Of a DNA stretch of 64,000 nucleotides, positions 30,953 to 40,554 are shown piece by piece. The stretch is from an uncultured Gemmatimonadales bacterium. Its GTDB lineage: Bacteria; Gemmatimonadota; Gemmatimonadetes; Gemmatimonadales; GWC2-71-9. The stretch spans positions 64,001-128,000 of the forward strand of contig CAWCVB010000003.1 of NCBI GenBank assembly GCA_963798915.1. The letters run 5' to 3'. The position numbers and the translations under genes are program-made. A model generated the notes under the pieces. The model did no database searches, was not told the origin of the DNA, and saw only the letters and a program-made list of their open reading frames with translations. Every line of letters starts with the position of its first letter. Position 1 is the first letter of the stretch.

Positions 30953-31789
30953 ATGGGCGGATATTTCAAGACGTTCATCCTGATGGCCGGGCTCCTGACG
31001 CTGCTGCTCATCGCCGGGCAGCTGCTGGGCGGCGCTCAGGGGCTGCTCCTCGCCGCCATGCTCGGCGGTGTGATGAATTTTGTGATGTTCTTCTTCTCGG
31101 ACCGGATTGTGCTCCGGATGTACCGTGCCCGTGTGGTCGCGGAGTCCGAAGCACCAGACTTGTTTCGCATGGTGAATCGGCTGCGCCAGCGCGCCGGGCT
31201 TCCCATGCCGCTGGTGGCCATTGCACCCCACGACCAGCCCAACGCGTTTGCCACCGGACGCAACCCGCATCACGCCGTTGTATGCGTGACCAGCGGCATC
31301 CTCGAGCAGGTGCCGCCCGAGGAACTTGAAGGCGTGCTGGCCCACGAACTGGCGCACGTCAAGAATCACGACATGCTGACCACCACCGTTGCGGCCGGCA
31401 TCGCCGGTATGTTGTCCTACCTCCCGTACCTGCTCATGTTCGGCGGTGGCGACGACGACAACCGTCATCCTGCGCTTCAGCTCGTATTCCTGCTGCTGGC
31501 CCCGATCGCGGCGATGCTGATGCAGTTCGCCGTCTCCCGCCAGCGCGAGTTCGAGGCCGATCGTGTGGGCGCGGAGATCGCCGGCAACCCATTGCCGCTG
31601 GCGCACGCGCTCGCCCGGCTCGACACCCTCGCCCATCGCATTCCCATGCGGGTGGCGCCCGCCGCTGCCCCGCTGGCCCAGGTCAATCCGCTCGCGGCCG
31701 CAGGCGGAGGCTTCAGCCGCCTGTTCAGCACGCACCCGCCCACGGCTGAGCGGATCGCCCGCCTCGAAGCGCAGGCGCGAGGCCGCTGA
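30953..31789 (+). CDS. htpX: HtpX-family M48 membrane metalloprotease
   Basis: PNAFATGR, AHELAH, SRQREFEAD, STHPP; start at ATG 30953. Confidence 0.93.
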   Translation: MGGYFKTFILMAGLLTLLLIAGQLLGGAQGLLLAAMLGGVMNFVMFFFSDRIVLRMYRARVVAESEAPDLFRMVNRLRQRAGLPMPLVAIAPHDQPNAFATGRNPHHAVVCVTSGILEQVPPEELEGVLAHELAHVKNHDMLTTTVAAGIAGMLSYLPYLLMFGGGDDDNRHPALQLVFLLLAPIAAMLMQFAVSRQREFEADRVGAEIAGNPLPLAHALARLDTLAHRIPMRVAPAAAPLAQVNPLAAAGGGFSRLFSTHPPTAERIARLEAQARGR

Positions 31790-32713
31790 ATGGGTCATCA
31801 CGGGTCCAGCGTCTGGATCGGGTTCTCGGCGCTGGTCGCAGCGCTGCTCTTCCTGGACCTGGCGGTCGTCAACCGTCGCTCGCATAAGCCCACCAGCGCC
31901 GAGGCACTCAAGTGGAGCCTGACCGTCATCGGGCTGGCGCTGGCCTTCGGCGGGTTCATCTACTGGCGCGAGGGCGGCGTGTCGGCGCTGGAGTACTACA
32001 CCGGCTACGTCATCGAGCTGAGCCTCAGCGTGGACAACCTGTTTGTCTTCCTGATCATTTTCCAGTTCTTCGATGTGCCGCGGCAGCTTCGCCCGAAGGT
32101 ACTGAACTGGGGCATCCTCGGCGCCATCGCCATGCGGCTGGTGATGATCGCCGCCGGGGCCTATCTCATCAGCCGATTCGAATGGATCATCTACCTCTTC
32201 GGCGCGTTCCTCGTCTACACCGGCGTGCGGATGTTCCGGGCCGGAGGCGTCTCGGTGGATGTGGAGCACAACGCCGTGGTCCGGTGGGCGAGAAAGATCC
32301 TGCCGATCAGTGAAGGCTACTCGGGCTCGAAGTTCTTCCTGCGCACGCGGACCGGGCTGCTGGCCACGCCCCTCCTCCTGGTACTGATCATCATCGAGTG
32401 GACGGACCTGATTTTTGCGGTGGACTCGATTCCCGCCGTCTTCGCCGTCACCCGGGATCCGTTCCTGGTCTACAGCTCCAACATCTTTGCCGTAATCGGC
32501 CTCCGGGCCCTGTTCTTCGTCCTCTCCGACATGATCGACAAATTCGATTACCTCAAGTATGGCGTGGCCCTGGTCCTGGTCTTCGTGGGACTCAAGATGC
32601 TGGGGTCGTACTGGTTCCACCTTCACATCGCCGTGTCGCTGGGCGCCATCGTCGTGATCCTTGCCGGCTCGATACTTCTCTCCATCAGGAAGAATCCCAA
32701 ACCGGCGCCGTAA
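31790..32713 (+). CDS. TerC/Alx-family membrane protein
   Basis: LSLSVDNLFVF, DLIFAVDSIPA, SNIFAVIGLR motifs. Confidence 0.95.
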   Translation: MGHHGSSVWIGFSALVAALLFLDLAVVNRRSHKPTSAEALKWSLTVIGLALAFGGFIYWREGGVSALEYYTGYVIELSLSVDNLFVFLIIFQFFDVPRQLRPKVLNWGILGAIAMRLVMIAAGAYLISRFEWIIYLFGAFLVYTGVRMFRAGGVSVDVEHNAVVRWARKILPISEGYSGSKFFLRTRTGLLATPLLLVLIIIEWTDLIFAVDSIPAVFAVTRDPFLVYSSNIFAVIGLRALFFVLSDMIDKFDYLKYGVALVLVFVGLKMLGSYWFHLHIAVSLGAIVVILAGSILLSIRKNPKPAP

Positions 32714-32766
32714 GCTCCGGCCGGGCGGGATTGCCATCCCGGCCAGCCGGGCTTCATATTGGCCGG

Positions 32767-34127
32767 ATGTCCCTCGCACACGACGCAGCACCCCGGCGCG
32801 GCCTCCTCGCGCGTGTAGGGCTCGACCGCCCGGAACTCCGGGCGTGGGCCATGTACGATTGGGCCAACTCCGGATTCATGACCGTCGTCGTCACCGCGGT
32901 CTTTCCGACCTACTATGCCGCGGTGGTGGCGGAAGGACTCTCCAAGGCACAGGCGACCTATTACTTCGCCAACGCCACAACCATCTCCCTGGCCTGCATC
33001 GCGGTGATGTCCCCTCTCCTGGGCGCCGTGGCCGACTACCGGGCATCGAAGAAGCGCTTTCTCCTCGCATTCCTCACGCTCGGGGTCACGACCACCGCCC
33101 TGCTTTTCTTCATCAAGGCGGGCGACTGGCTGCCCGGACTGGTCCTGTTCGGAGTGGCGAACGTGGGATCAATGGTTCGTACGTGTTCTACGACTCGCTG
33201 TTGCCCCACATTGCGTCGGACGAGGAGATGCACCGCGTCTCGAGCGCGGGCTACGCGCTGGGATACCTGGGCGGCGGCATCCTGCTCCTCCTGTCCCTGG
33301 TCATCATCCTGAGGCCGGCGCTCGTCGGCATTACCGGCGCGGAAGGAGCGCGCACCCTTCCGGCGCGACTATCATTCCTCGCCACGGCGGTGTGGTGGGC
33401 CCTGTTCGCCATTCCGCTGTTCCGCCGCGTGCCGGAACCGCCGCTCACGCGCGAGCAGGACGAGAGCGTCACCACAGTGGCGGCCATCCGCGCCAGCGCT
33501 CGCCGGCTGGCAGAGACGCTCCGGGAGCTTCGCGGCTTTCGCTACGCCTTCCTCCTGCTGATTGCCTCGCTCATCTACAGCGACGGCATCAACACGATCA
33601 TCCGGATGGCCGCGGTCTATGGGACCGAAATCGGAATTCCGCAGCAGGCGCAGATTGCCGCGATTGTCATGGTACAATTCGTGGGGATTCCCTTCGCCTT
33701 CCTGTTTGGGGTCATCGCGTCGCGGATAGGTGCAAAGCGGGCCATTTTCATCGGCCTCGCGGTCTATGCCGGCATCAGCGTCCTGGGCTACTTCATGCAC
33801 ACGACGCTCCATTTCTTCCTGCTGGCCTTTCTCGTCGGCACCGTCCAGGGCGGCACCCAGGCCCTCAGCCGGTCGCTCTTCGCGAGCATGATTCCCCGGC
33901 ACAAGTCGGGTGAGTTCTTCGGCTTCTATGCCGTCTTCGAGCGGTTTGGTGCCATCTTTGGGCCCCTGGTCTTCGGGGCGGTCGTGGCGGCGACCGGCTC
34001 CAGCCGCAACGCCATTCTGTCGGTGATTTCGTTCTTCCTGGTGGGAGCACTGCTCCTGCTCTTTGTCAATGTCTCGGAGGGCCAGCGGGCGGCGCGGCTG
34101 GCTGATGAAGGGGTGGTGCGAGTGTAA
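32767..34127 (+). pseudogene. MFS transporter (UMF1/Atg22-like) split by a 1-bp frameshift
   Basis: N-half (WAMYDWANS) and C-half (FYDSLL..SSAGYALGYLGG, QALSRS) are in different frames; one extra G in the run at 33165-33167 gives ANVGINGSYVFYD. May be a sequencing error. Confidence 0.8.
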
Positions 34128-35125
34128 TGGATGTCGTAGAACTGACCCGGAAGCTGGTCGAGATCGAGTCGCCCACCTTCTCAGAAGAGCGGGTAGTCGA
34201 GTTCATGCATGGAGTGCTGCATGACGCCGGCTACACCGTCATCCGGCAGCCGGTGTCGGACGGTCGGGAGAATCTGTACGCCCTGCGGGACCCGCCGGTG
34301 GTGGTGCTCTCGACCCACCTCGACTGCGTGCCCCCGTACCTGCCATGGCAGGAGGATGGCGACCTGCTGCGCGGCCGCGGCGTGTGTGACGCGAAAGGGC
34401 TGGCCGCGGCCATGTTTCTTGCCGCCGAGCAGCTTGCCGCCGAGGGCGAGCGGCGGGTCGCGCTACTGTTCGTGGTGGGAGAGGAGCGGGGCTCGGATGG
34501 CGCGCGTGCGGCTGCCACACTGGAGCCCAAGGGCACGTACCTGGTCAATGGAGAACCGACCGAGGGCCTGCTCTGCATCGCCCAGAAGGGATCACTGCTG
34601 GTCCGGGTGGAAGCCGAGGGGCAGCCGGCCCATTCTGCCTACCCGGAGGAAGGCACCTCGGCAATCCTCCGGCTGCTCAACGTGCTGGACCGGTTCCGCC
34701 GTCTCCGATTGCCCTTTGACCCGGTTCTCGGCGCCGCCAGCCTCAACATCGGGGTGATCGAGGGCGGCAACGCACCGAACGTCATTCCCGAGTTCGCCAG
34801 TGCGGAAGTGCTGGTGCGGACGGTCGGACCCTCCGATCAGCTGCGGGAGCAGATTCAGCTCCTCGCCGATGGAGGCATCTCGATCAGCTTTCCGGCGGAA
34901 CTGCCCTATTTCATGGGCGAGCGCCTGGCCGGGTGGGAAACGACGGCTGTGCGATTCGCGAGCGACCTCCCGCTGCATGATTCGTGGGGGCGGCGCTTCC
35001 AGCTGGGGCCCGGCAATATTCGAGTCGCGCACACCCTGGATGAGCGCATCACCCGGGGTGAACTGATGGAGGGTGTCGATGGCTACGTACGGCTGTGCCG
35101 CCAACTCCTCTCGGAGACCTCTTGA
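34127..35125 (+). CDS. M20-family metallohydrolase (ArgE/DapE-like)
   Basis: THLDCVP, GRGVCDAKG, GEE, GEPT, AHS, AHT motifs; adjacent to dapD. Confidence 0.85.
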   Translation: MDVVELTRKLVEIESPTFSEERVVEFMHGVLHDAGYTVIRQPVSDGRENLYALRDPPVVVLSTHLDCVPPYLPWQEDGDLLRGRGVCDAKGLAAAMFLAAEQLAAEGERRVALLFVVGEERGSDGARAAATLEPKGTYLVNGEPTEGLLCIAQKGSLLVRVEAEGQPAHSAYPEEGTSAILRLLNVLDRFRRLRLPFDPVLGAASLNIGVIEGGNAPNVIPEFASAEVLVRTVGPSDQLREQIQLLADGGISISFPAELPYFMGERLAGWETTAVRFASDLPLHDSWGRRFQLGPGNIRVAHTLDERITRGELMEGVDGYVRLCRQLLSETS

Positions 35126-35150
35126 CAGCTCCGCCGGACGCCCGTAACAT
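35122..35150 (+). promoter_or_regulatory. Candidate sigma70 promoter upstream of dapD
   Basis: TTGACA, 17-nt spacer, TAACAT. Confidence 0.65.
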
Positions 35151-35352
35151 CTCGCCGTCCAAACGGCGGTCGCTTTATGGCCACTTGTTCCCGCCGCGCC
35201 CCACCGGGCGAAAACAAAGAACTAAACAACCGGGTTAACGCTCCTCGCGCTCCACGTGGCCGGGGGGCGTTGCTCATTTCGGGGTCAGGCAGCCGCGCTG
35301 GACAGACAGCCCGGACGGGGGCAATCTCCGGTATCACCCGAGGAGATGGCCC

Positions 35353-36213
35353 ATGGCGGCGACCCACTTCGATCCTGATGCCCTGCGTGACGAACTGGCC
35401 CGCTATGCCGCGGAAATTCCCGCCGAGCACCGGCGGGAGGCGCGAAGCGCCGTTGGGCACCTGTTTCGGGCGCTGGAGCATGGCCTGATCCGCGCGGCCG
35501 AGCGCGATGCAGGCGGCGAATGGCAGGTGAACCGCTGGGTCAAGGAAGGCATCCTCCTCGCCTTCCGCCTGGGACGACTGCGCGAATGCCGCAGCGCGGT
35601 TCCATTCTCGTTCACGGACTTTGATACCCTGCCGGTTCGCGAGATGCGGGTCGAGGACGGGGTGCGACTGGTACCGGGAGGCACCACGGTCCGGGCAGGG
35701 GTGCGGCTCGGACGCGGCGTCATCTGCATGCCACCGTCGTATGTCAACATCGGCGCCTGGGTTGGTGAGGGAACGATGATTGACTCCAATGTGCTGGTCG
35801 GAAGCTGTGCCCAGGTTGGCCAGGGTGTGCACCTCGCTGCTGGCGTGCAACTGGGCGGAGTTCTGGAACCGGCGGGCGCGCTGCCAGTCATCATCGAGGA
35901 TGACGTGCTGGTGGGTGGCAACGCTGGCGTGTTCGAGGGAACCATCGTGCGTCAGGGCGCGGTGCTCGCTCCCGGCGTGCAGCTCTCGGGCGGCACGCCG
36001 GTGATCGACCTGGTGAACCAGCGCACCTGGCGACGCGACGGCGACCGGCCGCTGGAGATCCCGCCCGGCGCTGTCGTGGTGCCGGGCACCCGGCCGGCGT
36101 CCGATCCCGCGGCGGCCAGCCAGGGCATCTCGCTCTACGCTCCCGTGATCGTGAAGTATCGGGACGCCAAAACGGACCATGCGGTGCGGCGGGAGGAGCG
36201 ATTGAGGGTTTAG
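35353..36213 (+). CDS. dapD: Tetrahydrodipicolinate N-succinyltransferase
   Basis: WQVNRWVKEGILLAFR, MPPSYVNIGA, GGVLEP, hexapeptide repeats; GAGGAG SD. Confidence 0.93.
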   Translation: MAATHFDPDALRDELARYAAEIPAEHRREARSAVGHLFRALEHGLIRAAERDAGGEWQVNRWVKEGILLAFRLGRLRECRSAVPFSFTDFDTLPVREMRVEDGVRLVPGGTTVRAGVRLGRGVICMPPSYVNIGAWVGEGTMIDSNVLVGSCAQVGQGVHLAAGVQLGGVLEPAGALPVIIEDDVLVGGNAGVFEGTIVRQGAVLAPGVQLSGGTPVIDLVNQRTWRRDGDRPLEIPPGAVVVPGTRPASDPAAASQGISLYAPVIVKYRDAKTDHAVRREERLRV

Positions 36214-36297
36214 GGATTAGGAATTGGGGGTTGGGGGTTGGTATTTTCGTGGCGCAATGCTCAGCCTTCAGCCTTCAGCCCTCAGCCATCAGCCTTC
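36205..36297. repeat. Two heptamer arrays (TAGGGAT/TGGGGGT-type and TCAGCCT-type)
   Basis: About five G-rich 7-mers over the dapD stop, then about five CTTCAGC-like units before the yjbQ start. Confidence 0.8.
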
Positions 36298-36304
36298 GAC
36301 CCCC

Positions 36305-36739
36305 ATGACCACCCATACCCACTATCTCTGGTTCAATACCAGGCAGCGCCAGGAAATCATCGACATCACCAGCACGGTCGAAGAGCAGGTGGCCGCCAGT
36401 GGCATCCACGAAGGGTTTGTCCTGGTGAGCGCGATGCACATCTCCGCGTCGGTCTTCGTCAACGATCACGAGTCAGGCCTCTGGCACGACATCCTGCACT
36501 GGCTCGAGCACACCATCGCGCCATGGGATCCGGGGCGGTATCAGCACAACGAGACCGGCGAGGACAACGCGGCGGCCCACCTGCGCAGTCTCACGATCGG
36601 GCATGAAGTCATCGTGCCGGTGACGGACGGGCGGCTGGACCTGGGGCCCTGGCAGCGGGTGTTCTACGGCGAGTGGGATGGCCAGCGGAAGAAGCGCGTA
36701 GTGATCAAGGTGATGGGGGAGACGTCATCCCACCTTTAA
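36305..36739 (+). CDS. yjbQ: YjbQ/UPF0047 family protein
   Basis: HISASVFVND, GEDNAAAHL, LDLGPWQ..YGEWDG; start at ATG 36305. Confidence 0.9.
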   Translation: MTTHTHYLWFNTRQRQEIIDITSTVEEQVAASGIHEGFVLVSAMHISASVFVNDHESGLWHDILHWLEHTIAPWDPGRYQHNETGEDNAAAHLRSLTIGHEVIVPVTDGRLDLGPWQRVFYGEWDGQRKKRVVIKVMGETSSHL

Positions 36740-37783
36740 CTGCGGCATCTGCCCGGCTGGGCCCACCACCCGGTTGCGTCCCAGGCTCTTGGCCTCGAAG
36801 AGCCGCTCGTCGGCGCAGTCGAGCAGCTCGTCAGCCGTGACCCCATCGTCGGGAAAGATCGCGATGCCGGCGCTGACGGTCAGCTTGGCGGTGAGTGACT
36901 CGGTCTTCGGCAACGGGATGCCGGCGTTGGCAAGTTTCTCCCGGAGCGCTTCCATTTTCCGCAGCCCCTGCCCTGCCGATGTCGCCGGCATGATGACCAC
37001 AAATTCCTCACCACCGTAGCGCGCCAGGATATCGCTGCGCCGCAGCTCGTCGCTCATCCGGCGGGTGAGCGTCCGGAGGGCCGAGTCACCGGCGGCGTGA
37101 CCCAGATCATCGTTGAACTGCTTGAAGTGATCCACATCCAGCATGACCAGTGCGAGCGACTCGCCCTGCCGGCGCGCCCGGCTCAGTTCCGCGTTCAGGC
37201 GCTCGTCGAACGAACCCCGGTTGAGGACCCCCGTCAGCCGGTCGATGGTGGACAGCCGCCGCAGCTGGCGACCGCGGTCCACCACCGCCACCGCGAGTCC
37301 AGTCGCAATGCCGAGCACCACCAGACGGGCGCCTTCCGAGGCCCAGCTGAACATGCCGTAGATGTATGGTGCATACGTGGGAGCGTTGAGGTCCCAGTGA
37401 CTGGCGGCGTACCAGACGATGCCGAAATACTGGGTCACCGCCAGCAGGCCGGCCAGCCAGCAGAGCCGGACGTCGTAGCGCAGGCAGGTGGCGCCGATGG
37501 CGATGAAGTAGGCCTCGAACACGACCCGGCTGTTGACCGCGGTATGGGGCAGGCCGGCGACCAGGTAGATGACCAGCGCCGAACTCACCAGACTCACGTC
37601 AAAGATGGTGCTGACGAGCCCGATCCAGGGGCCGAGCATCTGGTGCCGTACCGCCACCAGGATCAGGAACGCGAGCGTGGTCGCGGCGAGCGCGACGGAG
37701 AGGCCGATCAGGTGTTCGAGTTCGCCAGGATGCACGACATAGTTGGCGGCCGGGATGGCCAGTAGCACCAGCACCATGGCCAT
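36725..37783 (-). CDS. Membrane-bound diguanylate cyclase
   Basis: TM N-terminus; DRLTGVLNR, DVDHFK, RRSD I-site, YGGEEF. The frame stays open 44 codons upstream of this ATG. Confidence 0.92.
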   Translation of the reverse strand: MAMVLVLLAIPAANYVVHPGELEHLIGLSVALAATTLAFLILVAVRHQMLGPWIGLVSTIFDVSLVSSALVIYLVAGLPHTAVNSRVVFEAYFIAIGATCLRYDVRLCWLAGLLAVTQYFGIVWYAASHWDLNAPTYAPYIYGMFSWASEGARLVVLGIATGLAVAVVDRGRQLRRLSTIDRLTGVLNRGSFDERLNAELSRARRQGESLALVMLDVDHFKQFNDDLGHAAGDSALRTLTRRMSDELRRSDILARYGGEEFVVIMPATSAGQGLRKMEALREKLANAGIPLPKTESLTAKLTVSAGIAIFPDDGVTADELLDCADERLFEAKSLGRNRVVGPAGQMPQLKVG

Positions 37784-38012
37784 GCGCAGCTGGGCGATCA
37801 GCAGCTCGCCTGCCGCGCCGGCATGGGAAAACAGCGGGTCGCCGCCGGCAAACCACCGGCGCCAGGCCTCGCGGGTCCGTCCCTGCAGGGACAGCGGAAG
37901 GTTGGGCGTAATTCCTCACGTGACAATCGGTTCGGCACAGCCCGGACAGCCCGCTGAACAGCAATCGGCGGGCCATTCGGTCACCGTACAATAATTCGAC
38001 AGTCAGAGGGAA

Positions 38013-39668
38013 CTACATGAGTCGGTAACGGGGGCCGCTGCCCCCCTCCCGGGGGGTCCAGCGCGGCCCGAGCACATCGGTCGCCTTGCAGTCAATGCAG
38101 TTGGGGGCGTTGATCCTGAGCTCGTCGCCAACCCGCTCGTAGACCCCTGCGGGACAGACATGGCTGTAAAAATCCGCGACATCGCCGGTAATGTCGCTGC
38201 CCACGATCAAGTGGTTGGGAATGGTGTCGCGCGTAGAGTTACCGGACTTGAAGTTGGCGTCCAGCTTGCCGAATGTCAGCACCCCATCCGGGGCGAACGC
38301 CTCCGCCTCCTCGACCCGTCGGGGACTCTCGCTGTCCGCCGGCATGCGGATCCGGGCGGACGGCAGGTGGCCACCGGTCAGAGTCATCAGGCCAGCCTTT
38401 GCACCCCCCAGCCAGAACCCGTCCTTGAAGGCCAGGCGCATGTTCCGGGTGCGGGACAGGTCCGTCAGGATGTAGCTCTCATCCACCAGCGTGTCGTAGG
38501 ACGCGAGTGCATCGGCCGACACCTTGCCGGCGCCGAGGGCCTTGAAGGCCGACCGCGCGGCGTAGATCCCCGACTGTACGGCGTAGTGAATCCCCTTGAG
38601 CGACGGAACATCCACGAAGCCGGCAGCATCGCCACACAGCAGGATGCCATCGCCCGACCGGCGTTCCGGGAGTGCATGGTATCCACCTTCCGGTATGGTC
38701 TTGGCACCCCACTCGAGCAATTCTCCGCCTTCGAGCAGGGGCTTGATCAGCGGATGGAGCTTCAACCGCTGCAACAGCTGGTGGATGTCCAGCGCAGCTT
38801 CGTGATAATCGAGCCCGACGACCAGTCCGATGGCCACCTGCTCGGGGCCCATCGGATAGATGAATGACCCGCCAAACGCATCGGTCGGCAGGGGCCAGCC
38901 CATGGTGTGGACGACCCGGTCAAGCGGCCGGCTCACCTTCCAGATCTCCTTGACTCCCAGCGCATAGATCTGCGGATTGGGCGAGCGAACCGACTGCCAT
39001 TCCCGCCATCCCTGCGCCAGCATGCTCCGGGTTCCATCGGCAATGATGGTGATCTTGCCGGTCAGGTCAGTCGGCGCCGTGTAGTCGGCGCCCGGCTCGC
39101 CGGTGCGGGTCAGGCCGGCCGGTGTGGTGCGCACGCCGACCACGGCATTGCCGTCGACCAGCATTCCATCGACCGGAAATCCCGCAAAGACATTGACGCC
39201 GGCCGCTTCGGCCTGCTCGCCCATCCATCGCACGACTTCCGAAATGGAGGCGGTGAAGTTGCCGTGGTTCCGCATCGTTGGCGGCGTCGGGATCCGGAAA
39301 AAACGTTCTCCGGTCAGGAAGTAGACGGCCTCGCCGGGTACCGCCTGGCGAAAGGGAAACTCGTCGTCCTTCAGTCCGGGAAAGAGTTCCCGGAAGGCAC
39401 GGGGATTGATCACCGCACCTGACAGGTTGTGCTCGCCCAGGGCGGCCGCTTTCTCCAGGACGGCGATGGACAGTTCGCCCGGCCCCTCGCCGGCCTCCCG
39501 CGCCGTCGCGGACAGGCGGGCGAGTTCGATGGCGGCCGCGAGACCGGCCGGGCCAGCCCCCACGATCAGCACATCCATCTCGACCGCATCGGGGCCGGGA
39601 GCTTCCTTGAGGATAAGCCGGTCAAGCGGCAAGGGCGGCTGGTGCGCGATCGGCAGTATCGAAGTCAC
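38013..39668 (-). CDS. ETF:quinone oxidoreductase
   Basis: GAGPAG, LSGAVI, GAKTIPEGG, GDAAG; C-terminal CPAGVYE and NCIDCKATD. Confidence 0.92.
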   Translation of the reverse strand: MTSILPIAHQPPLPLDRLILKEAPGPDAVEMDVLIVGAGPAGLAAAIELARLSATAREAGEGPGELSIAVLEKAAALGEHNLSGAVINPRAFRELFPGLKDDEFPFRQAVPGEAVYFLTGERFFRIPTPPTMRNHGNFTASISEVVRWMGEQAEAAGVNVFAGFPVDGMLVDGNAVVGVRTTPAGLTRTGEPGADYTAPTDLTGKITIIADGTRSMLAQGWREWQSVRSPNPQIYALGVKEIWKVSRPLDRVVHTMGWPLPTDAFGGSFIYPMGPEQVAIGLVVGLDYHEAALDIHQLLQRLKLHPLIKPLLEGGELLEWGAKTIPEGGYHALPERRSGDGILLCGDAAGFVDVPSLKGIHYAVQSGIYAARSAFKALGAGKVSADALASYDTLVDESYILTDLSRTRNMRLAFKDGFWLGGAKAGLMTLTGGHLPSARIRMPADSESPRRVEEAEAFAPDGVLTFGKLDANFKSGNSTRDTIPNHLIVGSDITGDVADFYSHVCPAGVYERVGDELRINAPNCIDCKATDVLGPRWTPREGGSGPRYRLM

Positions 39669-39681
39669 GATAGCGTCCCTT

Positions 39682-40554
39682 TCAAAAATCGATTTCCAGG
39701 CCGAGGTCGGCCGCCAGTGCGCTATGAGTCAGGGCACCTACCGAGACGAAGTCCGCACCCGCCTCGGCATAGTGACGCACGTTCTCCAGCGTGATCCCGC
39801 CCGTCGCCTCGATTTCGATTCCGGGCCGCAGCATCCGGGCGCGCCCTGCCCAGCGGCGGACCGTATCAGGCGATTGATTGTCGATCAGCAGCCGGCTGGC
39901 GCCCGACCCACACGCAAGATCCAGCTGTTCTTCGTGCTCCACTTCGACCTGCAGTGCGCTGACCCCGAGCGCGCGTGCCGCGTCGAGCGCATCGTGGAGT
40001 GACCGGCCGGCGCGCAGCAGCGCACGCCAGTGGTTGTCCTTGACCATGACCGCCCGTTCCAGATCCATGCGATGCAGCGATCCGCCGCCATCCAGAACCG
40101 CCTGGACGTCCAGCGCGCGCAGGCCCGGCGCCGTTTTCCGCGTGTGGAGCACGATGCAGCCCGTGCCGGCAATGGCATCCACGAACGCGCGGGTCAGACT
40201 GGCGATGCCGGCGGCGCGCTGGAGGATGTTGAGCAGCGGCCGCTCGACACGCAGCATGACGGCCAAGTCGCCACGCAATGTGCCGAGCTCGGCACCGGGC
40301 GGCACACGATCGCCGTCAGCGAAATTCCAGGATGGTGGCGCCAGGCCCGCGGCCGCCACTACCGCGCCTGCCCACGGCAGTCCCGACGCAATTCCGCCGG
40401 TACGGAATTCAATCCTGCCCCGGGCGACGGTTCCTGGTGCCACCGTCACCTCGGTGGTCACGTCACGCGCGCCGTCCTCGGCGAGGACCTCGTCGGCGAG
40501 CCGCGCCGCATCCGACCACCAGGCGCGGTCAGTCACCTGGTTTGGTGCCGCCAC
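39682..40554 (-). CDS. nadC: Quinolinate phosphoribosyltransferase
   Basis: TRKTAPG, HRMDL, KDNH, EVE, IDN, EATGG, VGALTHS. Confidence 0.95.
   Translation of the reverse strand: MAAPNQVTDRAWWSDAARLADEVLAEDGARDVTTEVTVAPGTVARGRIEFRTGGIASGLPWAGAVVAAAGLAPPSWNFADGDRVPPGAELGTLRGDLAVMLRVERPLLNILQRAAGIASLTRAFVDAIAGTGCIVLHTRKTAPGLRALDVQAVLDGGGSLHRMDLERAVMVKDNHWRALLRAGRSLHDALDAARALGVSALQVEVEHEEQLDLACGSGASRLLIDNQSPDTVRRWAGRARMLRPGIEIEATGGITLENVRHYAEAGADFVSVGALTHSALAADLGLEIDF

Noticed and set aside
35150..35352. Lysine riboswitch upstream of dapD
   Set aside because: The conserved AGAGG-GC start and kissing-loop architecture are not evident; kept only as an unknown leader.
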